Assembly (NCBI GenBank): GCA_964510965.1
Contig: CAZECX010000003.1
Coordinates: 9,670-73,669 of the forward strand
Length of the DNA stretch: 64,000 nt
From: an uncultured Nitrospina sp.
Lineage (GTDB): Bacteria > Nitrospinota > Nitrospinia > Nitrospinales > VA-1
Direction: 5' to 3'
The notes under the pieces were generated by a model, which worked only from the letters and a program-made list of their open reading frames with translations, did not search any database and had not been told where the DNA came from. The stretch's first letter is position 1, and each line of letters starts with the position of its first letter. Below are positions 56,550 through 63,916 of this stretch, piece after piece. The position numbers and the translations under genes were made by a program.

Positions 56550-58047
56550 CCCTGCCATTGGGTTCGCTTATCTATCAGGGTACTTGAGGAAATTTGGTTA
56601 CGAACCGGAAATGGTAGATGCCATAGGAGAAGGGATTAATCGGCTGTGGCCATTAGAAAAGTATCCCGGATTTCAAGCTCAAGGACTGAAATTTGATGAA
56701 ATAATTGCTCGCATTCCCAAGGATTCAAAAGTGATTGGATTCTCCCTAATGTTTTCTAGTGAATGGCCAGTGGCTCGCGATTTGATAACCGAAATTCGCA
56801 AATTTTTTCCTAATGCATTAATTGTTGGTGGTGGTGAGCATATAACGAGTCTAGTTGAGTACAGTCTAAAGGATTGCCCCGCGCTTGATGTCTGTGTAAG
56901 AGGAGAGGGAGAACAAACTCTCTTGGAATTAATTATGGCCTATGAAAAAACGGGAAGTTTTAAAGGAGTAGGCGGCACAGCTTATCTGGATGAAAATAAT
57001 ATCCTTCATTTGGATGAATCTCCTCCTCCGCGAATCCGCAAAATTGATGAAATCGGTTGGCCTTTTTGGCCAGATGAGTATTTAGAAAAATTCTGGGACT
57101 CCGGGAAATCATTTGGAGTGGCCACAGAAAAAGATATGCCATTCATGGTTTCAAGAGGATGTCCGTACCAGTGCACCTTCTGCTCAAGCCCAAATATGTG
57201 GACGACTCGTTACCTATTAAGGGATGTAAATGATGTCATCGATGAAGCTAAAAATTATATTAAACGTTTTGGGATCAGCAGCCTGCAATTTTATGATTTG
57301 ACCGCCATTACCAAAAAGGGTTGGATAGTTGAATTTTGCAATAAGCTCATTCAGGAAGGAATTCAATTAAACTGGTCCCTGCCTAGTGGAACCCGCAGTG
57401 AAGCTCTGGATGGAGAATCATTAAAATTGTTGAAAGAAACGGGTTGCAATTATCTCGTTTATGCCCCCGAAAGTGCTTCTTTGAGAACCTTGAAAAAAAT
57501 CAAAAAGAAAATAAAGTTAGACCAACTCACAGAATCAGTATTAGAAGCCAAGCGCCAGAAATTGACCGTCCGGATTAATCTAATTATTGGATTCCCGGAG
57601 GAAACATGGACCGACATTTTTAAAACCATGTTCTATGGACTTAGAATGTCCGCAAATGGAATAGACGAAGCTCCTCTTTACATTTTTTCACCTTATCCCG
57701 GCACAGAAATCTTTAAGCAATTGGAAGATGAAAACAAAATTACTCTTGATGATGATTACTTTTTAGCTTTGGGTGCTCTTAACAGCTCATACCTTTCTTC
57801 GAGAATTGTATGTTTTAATCCAAATATTAACGCACGATTATTAGGGCTATTAAGAACTATTTTTATGATCTCCAATTATTCTGTAAGCTACCTTTTCTTC
57901 CCAAAGAGAATTTTTCGAACTTTGAAAAATATTTTTTCAGCCCATGAAAATGAAGCAGTGACAGTTCTGGAACACCGACTAAGGGATTTAATTCAAAGAA
58001 AAAAAATGGTTGAGCCTGAATTGAAACAAACAAATTCTTTGGGATAA
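56470..58047 (+). CDS. Cobalamin-binding-domain radical SAM protein (class B)
   Basis: B12-type N-terminal domain (KVIGFSLMFSS, LIVGGGEHIT, RGEGEQTLLE) and cluster motif VSRGCPYQCTFCSSPNMWTTRY. The ATG at 56470 is preferred to the ORF-track TTG at 56437 because the duplicated remnant starts at the equivalent ATG. Confidence 0.85.
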   Translation: MKQERLPITFVRGPIVSKIGAINNESTPAIGFAYLSGYLRKFGYEPEMVDAIGEGINRLWPLEKYPGFQAQGLKFDEIIARIPKDSKVIGFSLMFSSEWPVARDLITEIRKFFPNALIVGGGEHITSLVEYSLKDCPALDVCVRGEGEQTLLELIMAYEKTGSFKGVGGTAYLDENNILHLDESPPPRIRKIDEIGWPFWPDEYLEKFWDSGKSFGVATEKDMPFMVSRGCPYQCTFCSSPNMWTTRYLLRDVNDVIDEAKNYIKRFGISSLQFYDLTAITKKGWIVEFCNKLIQEGIQLNWSLPSGTRSEALDGESLKLLKETGCNYLVYAPESASLRTLKKIKKKIKLDQLTESVLEAKRQKLTVRINLIIGFPEETWTDIFKTMFYGLRMSANGIDEAPLYIFSPYPGTEIFKQLEDENKITLDDDYFLALGALNSSYLSSRIVCFNPNINARLLGLLRTIFMISNYSVSYLFFPKRIFRTLKNIFSAHENEAVTVLEHRLRDLIQRKKMVEPELKQTNSLG

Positions 58048-58094
58048 TCCTGAAATTAGGCGGGGGAAAAATTAGGTTTTGGAAGAAAGATCAG

Positions 58095-58499
58095 TCAATT
58101 CTGCATATGTTTTCGGATGGAAAACCTCATGTTTTCCAAGACCAGACTCTCCTCTTTGCCCGCATCATCAAGTGTAACTCGATTTTTGAATATCCTTGTC
58201 AAACGTTTTCCCGCAACGAAATCCCCTTCAATAAAATTTTGACCACTGATAGTCGCAATCTTTTGCCCCTTGAGAGTGAATATTGCCTGAAGACGAAGTG
58301 TTTGCGGGACTTCTTGGGGAGCATTTTCTTTGGAGTAAACCCCTCGAGGCAATTCAAAAGGGTTAACCCGCATTAGAGGTTTCTCCGCAGCAAGCACAGA
58401 TCCTCCCGCAAGAAAAACAACTATTATTGCAAATAGTGTTTTTTTTAAAATTTTGGCTTTCAAAATAGAGCCACCTTTATCTAGCCAAGGAAATGGCAT
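58095..58499 (-). CDS. PilP / GspC-like pilus (or T2SS) assembly protein
   Basis: A signal/anchor segment (LFAIIVVFLAGGSVLAA) is followed by the typical small beta domain (LRLQAIFTLKGQKIATISGQNFIEGDFVAGKRLTRIFKNRVTL). The start overlaps the upstream stop (TAATG). Confidence 0.55.
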   Translation of the reverse strand: MPFPWLDKGGSILKAKILKKTLFAIIVVFLAGGSVLAAEKPLMRVNPFELPRGVYSKENAPQEVPQTLRLQAIFTLKGQKIATISGQNFIEGDFVAGKRLTRIFKNRVTLDDAGKEESLVLENMRFSIRKHMQN

Positions 58500-59086
58500 T
58501 ACAAAACCATAACTTTTAGATGAAGTCGGGATTCGACTTTTGGAAGAATTTTTTCGACTCTTTTAGTCTCTAAACTTTCAATATCAATGACAGCAGAAGA
58601 GTTGCCAAGTGAGCCAATAAAATTTTTAAGTGCACCGTATTCGCTTTCCATTTCCATAATGAGAGAGACCTCCTTTAACTTCATTCCACCACGCTTTACA
58701 ATTTTCTCACTGGTCCGCAGAGACCTCAGAAACACACCGTAGAAATCTGCTTCGTTTTGTAGATCGTCAATAATCTCCCCGTCCTGACCTTTAAGCCGGG
58801 CCTTAGCCTCATCAATTTCCTTTTTTAATTTAGAGATATCTTCTTCAACTCTAACGATTTGTGCTTTTGTCTTCTTTATATTCCCGGGGCTTTTCATCAT
58901 TTGCTGGAAAGCACCCAAAGTAGCTTGAACCTGAACCGTTTCCGCTTTTAGATTTTTGAGCTTTTTATTTTGCGATACGTATTCAAACTCGTAATAACCA
59001 TAACTCACCCCAAAAATCACAGTGGCTCCTATGATCATCATCTCTCTCATGCTCAAGTTTTTTAAATTGGATTTATCCAAAGCCAT
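58499..59086 (-). CDS. PilO / GspM-like assembly protein
   Basis: 195 aa: a short cytoplasmic N-terminus, one TM (MMIIGATVIFGVSYGYY), a coiled-coil and a C-terminal ferredoxin-like region. Its position is directly after the PilMN/GspL-like gene. Confidence 0.55.
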   Translation of the reverse strand: MALDKSNLKNLSMREMMIIGATVIFGVSYGYYEFEYVSQNKKLKNLKAETVQVQATLGAFQQMMKSPGNIKKTKAQIVRVEEDISKLKKEIDEAKARLKGQDGEIIDDLQNEADFYGVFLRSLRTSEKIVKRGGMKLKEVSLIMEMESEYGALKNFIGSLGNSSAVIDIESLETKRVEKILPKVESRLHLKVMVL

Positions 59087-59104
59087 TTTTTTCGTCCGTT
59101 GAAA

Positions 59105-60880
59105 TCAACTCAGAGTTTTAGGAAAAACATATAGCTCAAATTGCAACCCGGGACTATTGTATTTGCCGTCAGCTAAAGCCTTTGAGCGAATTAATTGTAT
59201 ATCTTCAAATATGGGTGAGCTTTTCAAATCCTGCAACAAAAACCTCAAGGTATTTTGTGACTTCAGATCGCTGCCGAAAATATGTCCGACGACTTTAATA
59301 CGTTCGCCTTTGATAAAATCACTGCTTTTCTTGTTTTTGCTTTTAGATTTTTTTTTCTTTTCACTTCCTCGTTTTAAAAAAGTTACTTCAGACAGCGAAA
59401 TATTGTCCTGCACCACCAGCGCAATCTCATCATAAACAACTGGAAACTTGAATGGAAAAGGAGTTGCACCAGGAAGGGATTTTTTTTCTTTTCGCAATTT
59501 CTTTCTCTTTTTTTTGAGCGCTTTCAACTCCTTTGCAGGCTTTTCAAGTTCCGGAGCCTGAATCTGTAATTTGGCCAGGGAAACTTTTTGATCTTGAAGA
59601 GCGGCCTTTTTTGTAATAACTTCCTGCCGCAAGTTTGAGCTATAACCGTAAAGCAACCCTCCAATCAACAATACCGCAGCTATTGGAGCCAGCTTGGCCA
59701 GCGTTTTTTTAAATGACGGCCGGTACTTTTCGGGCAGAATATTGATCTTGTCACATTGCCCCAATGCCAGGCCTGCTGCCGCAGTCAGGCTGGGACCATA
59801 AAGCTTCATATTCTCTTTAGAGATAGATTCGTCTTCGGTATCGGTTTGGAAAAATGGATTACAGCGGTCAATTTCCAGATCGAGGTTTTCCTTTAAATAC
59901 TGGTAAAGTCCGCTCAGCCCTACCCCGCCGCCCGAAAGAATCAAGCGATGGACCGAGTCTTTGCGATACTGGTTTTTGAAATATTCAATCGAGCGATCCA
60001 TTTCAGTAATTTGTTTTTCCAGGATGGGTTCCAGTTTTTCCCGGATGAGACTGAGAGGAATATCTTCTTCGGTTTTTCCGTCTGCGTCTTCTGCAGGAAA
60101 ACCAAAGGTTTTTTTGATTTGTTCCGCCCTCACGGCATCGATGATCGCTGTTTTACCGTCTTCCAACTCATATTCACCCACCAGAGAGGCTGTTAGATTT
60201 TTTCCTCCGTTCGGAATTTCACGGGAAAAAAGAATCTGCCCATCACAAACAAAATAGATACGAGTTCGCTCCGATCCCATATCGACATAGCTGGTGACCG
60301 TATCCGAATCTATTTTATTGAGAGCAGAATCGTAGTCCCATAACGCAATGGGAACTACGGTAACACCTTTGGGTTGCAGCCCCGCTGCCTTGGCTATAGA
60401 GACCAGAAACTCAACCACATCTCCACGGACAATGACGCTTAGCATTTCGTAGAATGTTGCGCCGTCCTCTTCCGACTCCGCCATGATGTAGTTGTCTACA
60501 ACGGCTTTTTCCAAGTCAAAAAGCACTTCTTCTTTGGCGTTCCATTTGGCAGCATCTAACAATTCTTCTGCTGGCATTTTTGGTAGAGTTGCATTGCGAA
60601 TAATGACATTGTGCCCGGTGATGGAAAGGTAAACCTGCTGGCCCTTGATTTTTGCATCAGCAAACATTTTCTTGATGAAATCACCGAGCAAAGGCGCCCT
60701 GTCTTTTTGCTGGAGAATGGAAGCAGGAATTTCCTTGATCGCGAATTTGGTGATCTGAAATCCCTTTTGAGTGCGCATCAACTCAACTATCTTGATATCG
60801 TGAAACCCGATATCGAGACCGATGCTTTTTTGTCCCAGTTTGGATTTTCCGCCGCTTGATGAAGGTAGTTTAAGTTTCAT
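59105..60880 (-). CDS. Fused PilM-PilN (GspL-like) assembly protein
   Basis: The N-terminal ~380 aa are PilM-type and actin-like (SIGLDIGFHDIKIVEL, LPKMPAEELLDAAKWNAKE, LILSGGGVGLSGL). Next comes a TM segment (LAPIAAVLLIGGLLYGY), then a coiled-coil and a PilN-like C-terminus. Confidence 0.7.
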   Translation of the reverse strand: MKLKLPSSSGGKSKLGQKSIGLDIGFHDIKIVELMRTQKGFQITKFAIKEIPASILQQKDRAPLLGDFIKKMFADAKIKGQQVYLSITGHNVIIRNATLPKMPAEELLDAAKWNAKEEVLFDLEKAVVDNYIMAESEEDGATFYEMLSVIVRGDVVEFLVSIAKAAGLQPKGVTVVPIALWDYDSALNKIDSDTVTSYVDMGSERTRIYFVCDGQILFSREIPNGGKNLTASLVGEYELEDGKTAIIDAVRAEQIKKTFGFPAEDADGKTEEDIPLSLIREKLEPILEKQITEMDRSIEYFKNQYRKDSVHRLILSGGGVGLSGLYQYLKENLDLEIDRCNPFFQTDTEDESISKENMKLYGPSLTAAAGLALGQCDKINILPEKYRPSFKKTLAKLAPIAAVLLIGGLLYGYSSNLRQEVITKKAALQDQKVSLAKLQIQAPELEKPAKELKALKKKRKKLRKEKKSLPGATPFPFKFPVVYDEIALVVQDNISLSEVTFLKRGSEKKKKSKSKNKKSSDFIKGERIKVVGHIFGSDLKSQNTLRFLLQDLKSSPIFEDIQLIRSKALADGKYNSPGLQFELYVFPKTLS

Positions 60881-61075
60881 AGGTCGTAAATTCAGAATAT
60901 GATCTAATTTATCGTAACCCTAAAATTATCGCATAAAACAACAACCACCCACAAGGGTTTTTGTTGCAAAAGCCATTGAATTATATGGAGAAATTTGACC
61001 GCGGAAGGTGGCTAGATAAATTTTGCAAGGGGTATGCAACCACTTCATAAAGGCAAAAAATACCTTTGAGTTTTT

Positions 61076-62332
61076 TTATTCTGCCCAGGCTAACGACACG
61101 TTATTAGATCCGCATTGTTCATAGCCCTCTGTGTTTTCACCCGCGTCTTCATCAAAAACGAGAGAAGCATTATTTTGGAGAGCAACCGTTTGGGCCTGGA
61201 TGGAACCTTTTATTACGGCATTGTTTGAAACCGAAATCGTCCCATCGGATGAAAGGGCCCCTATAAAATCTGCGTTGTTATCCAGGGTAGCATTCCCTTC
61301 CACCCAGGCACTCGTGTCTGTTGCCTCATTTTGGATGAGATTTATTGCCGTAGAACCTGCCATATCAAAGGTACCCCCCACTTTAAGGGTCAAGGCACCG
61401 TTCACGCGAATTTCTCCCGAATCAGATATTGTGGTGTTGCCATATACAGTGATGGTGGTTTCATCGGTGCTATTTGGGTCAGCGGCGTCATCTGTGAGTT
61501 TCACGGTGCTGGTACCTTTAATTTCCAAATTTTTTGCAATAGCGATATGATCATCGGTTGCGTCATCATCTGAGGTCAGTACCGTCAGGTCGTCAATGGT
61601 CATTTCACAAAATTTGAAATGTTTCAAAAGGTTGGTCGATGTTTCGTGATGCGCCTCAAGGGTGGAGTCAAAATTCGGGCATTCGCTATCCGAGCCATCA
61701 CAGCTTGTATCACAGTCAGGGTCCGTGAAGTCGTCTGTTAGGTCGAGGGCTTCCACCACTTCACCACAGATACTCGATGCACTGGCCTCAGGCTCTGGGT
61801 CAATTAAAGAGTTATTGGCCGTGGTTGTACCGAGGCAGGAGGTAGCCGCATTTTCGGATAAATAGCATGCGCGTTGGATAAACCGCTGGATGGATCGTTC
61901 GGCTCCTTTATAGGTCCCGACAGAAATAACCCTGATATTATCCTTATCATTAGGGGAGCCTGTTGCATTGGCCGGGGTGGTAGTACCTGGAAAATAGATA
62001 GCGAAGGTACCATCTCCAAAAGTGACAGATGAAATATTATCGGTGTTGTCGATATCAGTCCAGTCATCCACATCCTGTAAAGCTGAGGGGCAGGTCGCTT
62101 CCGTTTCCAAAAGGCATCTTTCTGTGTACCGGAGTCCAGCTTCAGCAATCATGAAGGCGTTGGCAGAGGTGTAGGTTAAAATAGCTCCGGTCTGTTTCTG
62201 CCGGGATTCCGCAAGAAAATTAAAAGCAATGGCAGCCATAATGACGATCCCCATTACAATACCCATCAAAGCGGCAATGCCCCTTTCATTTTTTAGCGGA
62301 TGAACGATAAGTTTAAAAAAACGTTGTTTCAT
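61076..62332 (-). CDS. PilX-N / GspK-like minor pseudopilin-type protein with Cys-rich acidic and beta-helix-like regions
   Basis: The N-terminal ERGIAALMGIVMGIVIMAAIAF matches the (E/Q)RG-x-AL hydrophobic start of PilX_N/GspK proteins. The C-terminus has repetitive N/T/G-rich strands ending in IKGSIQAQTVALQNNASLVFDED. The start overlaps the upstream stop (ATGA). Confidence 0.5.
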   Translation of the reverse strand: MKQRFFKLIVHPLKNERGIAALMGIVMGIVIMAAIAFNFLAESRQKQTGAILTYTSANAFMIAEAGLRYTERCLLETEATCPSALQDVDDWTDIDNTDNISSVTFGDGTFAIYFPGTTTPANATGSPNDKDNIRVISVGTYKGAERSIQRFIQRACYLSENAATSCLGTTTANNSLIDPEPEASASSICGEVVEALDLTDDFTDPDCDTSCDGSDSECPNFDSTLEAHHETSTNLLKHFKFCEMTIDDLTVLTSDDDATDDHIAIAKNLEIKGTSTVKLTDDAADPNSTDETTITVYGNTTISDSGEIRVNGALTLKVGGTFDMAGSTAINLIQNEATDTSAWVEGNATLDNNADFIGALSSDGTISVSNNAVIKGSIQAQTVALQNNASLVFDEDAGENTEGYEQCGSNNVSLAWAE

Positions 62333-62859
62333 GAGATGAGGCTTCTTGGACGGATGCCGGAATCAAGTGTGAAACTTTCGCCGTTGCTACCCTCCAGGGT
62401 CAGAGAGAAAGTATAATACTCACTTCCTGCAGAAGTTGTTTTAGTAATGGAAAAATCCGTTACCTGATCCGACAATGTCGTGACCACGGAATTGCTAGTC
62501 CGTATCAGCGTGGTTCCAGACCAACTGTATACAATTTGCGAAGCGTTGGTATCGACATCCAGACCGCTGAATTTGTCGAAAGTGATTGAAGCGGTCGAGC
62601 CTGCATCAGTAAATGCAATGACATTAGTTGCGGAGTTGGAAACACGGATTTCTCGGAGCATGAACTCCATCGCCAACTTGGCATCGTCGACCAGACCTTT
62701 TTGCCCGGCTACCAGACGGTTACTTTCGGCCGCCCCAGTGATGAACTGAATAGAGAACAAACCCATGATGCCCATTAGAACAATGGCCGAAATCATTTCA
62801 ACCAGAGAAAACCCTGCCTGATTCCTAAAAAGCAATTTTTTGTATAGTGGCTCATTCAT
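62329..62859 (-). CDS. Prepilin-type N-terminal cleavage/methylation-domain protein (GspJ/PilW-like minor pseudopilin)
   Basis: Leader and cleavage motif ...RNQAG/FSLVEMISAIVLMGIMGL. Confidence 0.7.
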   Translation of the reverse strand: MNEPLYKKLLFRNQAGFSLVEMISAIVLMGIMGLFSIQFITGAAESNRLVAGQKGLVDDAKLAMEFMLREIRVSNSATNVIAFTDAGSTASITFDKFSGLDVDTNASQIVYSWSGTTLIRTSNSVVTTLSDQVTDFSITKTTSAGSEYYTFSLTLEGSNGESFTLDSGIRPRSLIS

Positions 62860-62865
62860 AATGGG

Positions 62866-63360
62866 TCAATCCGTCGCAAAAAGTTGATTGAAGGTCATCG
62901 CATCCATGGCACCATCCGTCCGGGTAACGGTTAAAGTAATTTTTTGCGCAAAAGTGGAAGTGTTCGAAGTATCAGGCGTTGTTGCATTCACTGAAACAGA
63001 TGTACAAGCCAAGGAATAATCACCATCTGTCGTGCTGGCACTGGAGCCTACGGGACAGTCCGTATCATCGATGGATGTCCTGGTTTCATTTGCCAACTCT
63101 TCCATTCTCTTCTGTGCCAGGAACGATCCCTGGACGATGTATTCCGGATTTTTCGTGTCACTCAGACCGGAAAACGGGATCATGATCGACGGCACCGCAA
63201 CACCAATAATCACGATAGCCATGATAATTTCGATCAGGGTGAAGCCGAATTCATTATGTGTCATTGCGAGAAGCCAACGACGACGAAGCAATCCAGAAAG
63301 TCTGGATCGCCGCTCTCCTTTTAGTCGCTCGCGATAATTATCAAAACAACCTTTCATCAT
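62866..63360 (-). CDS. Prepilin-type N-terminal cleavage/methylation-domain protein (GspI/PilV-like minor pseudopilin)
   Basis: Cleavage motif NEFG/FTLIEIIMAIVIIGVAV. The start is ambiguous. The ATG at 63360 overlaps the upstream stop and has GGGAGGG upstream, but it gives a 39-aa Arg-rich leader encoded by a GC-rich palindromic segment. The ATG at 63264 gives a 7-aa leader. Confidence 0.65.
   Translation of the reverse strand: MMKGCFDNYRERLKGERRSRLSGLLRRRWLLAMTHNEFGFTLIEIIMAIVIIGVAVPSIMIPFSGLSDTKNPEYIVQGSFLAQKRMEELANETRTSIDDTDCPVGSSASTTDGDYSLACTSVSVNATTPDTSNTSTFAQKITLTVTRTDGAMDAMTFNQLFATD
63262..63336. repeat. GC-rich nested inverted-repeat element between (or at the 5' end of) pseudopilin genes
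   Basis: There is a perfect inner hairpin ATCCAGA-aag-TCTGGAT (63291-63307). The outer imperfect arms are TCATTGCGAG (63261-63270) and CTCGCGATAA (about 63328-63337). Local GC is clearly above that of the surroundings. Confidence 0.5.
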
Positions 63361-63791
63361 GATACCGTCACCCTCCCGGTATACTGCTCAATGGTTATAG
63401 TCGCGGTGTTACTTCCTGAAATGAGAACAATCGACGAAGCAGAACTGGCTAATCGTTCGCCGGCACTGTTGAAGGTGACGGTGCCTCCTGTTTGTATGGA
63501 TGTTCCTTGGGGCAAGTCCCTGGTTTCAGCTCCGAAAACCGAATTCGGGTCTGCTGTAAGTGTATAGCTGGTTGCGGATGAGGTAAATGTAATGCTCACC
63601 TCTTCGTTCCGCGTCATCGCCAATTCCTGAACATATTGAATATCGGTTTGAACGGTGTTGGCAGTCAGGCTAACGTTGATACCGCCTCGATCAAATGAAG
63701 GGATGGCCACGGCAGAAATAATACCTAGCACCAGAATGATGCTGATCATTTCTATCAGGGTGAAGCCTTTATTATTTTTAAAAAACTTCAT
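63357..63791 (-). CDS. Prepilin-type protein, GspH/FimT-like pseudopilin
   Basis: MKFFKNNKG/FTLIEMISIILVLGIISAVAIPSF, and a C-terminal pattern (VTFNSAGERL...ITIEQYTGRVTV) typical of GspH/FimT-type proteins. Confidence 0.7.
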   Translation of the reverse strand: MKFFKNNKGFTLIEMISIILVLGIISAVAIPSFDRGGINVSLTANTVQTDIQYVQELAMTRNEEVSITFTSSATSYTLTADPNSVFGAETRDLPQGTSIQTGGTVTFNSAGERLASSASSIVLISGSNTATITIEQYTGRVTVS

Positions 63792-63887
63792 ATTCTTTAC
63801 CGAATTGGTAACCGGACCAAGCTGCTAACCACCCCAGCCTCTCCTTAGAAAGGGGGATTGGGAAGATTCTTCTTCTATGCATCTATA

Positions 63888-63916
63888 ATTATAAGACCCT
63901 AAAATTCCACTGTCAA
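63888..63916 (-). promoter_or_regulatory. Consensus sigma70-type promoter upstream of the pseudopilin operon
   Basis: On the minus strand: TTGACA (63916-63911), an exactly 17-nt spacer, TATAAT (63893-63888), about 97 nt upstream of the ATG at 63791. Confidence 0.55.

Noticed and set aside
47476-58047. RiPP (proteusin-like) interpretation of the class-B radical SAM / PhyH / SPASM / methyltransferase set.
   Set aside because: Manual translation of the flanking spacers gave only very short ORFs without leader-like or repetitive core features. The set is also interleaved with sugar aminotransferase genes. It is kept only as an alternative to be excluded computationally.
60881-61075. Hairpin AAAGG-caaaaaata-CCTTT followed by a T7 run on the plus strand near 61050-61079, considered as a terminator.
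   Set aside because: The T-run orientation fits a plus-strand transcript, but there is no plus-strand gene upstream. On the minus strand (after the GspK-like gene) it lacks a U-run. The 5-bp AT-rich stem is too weak.
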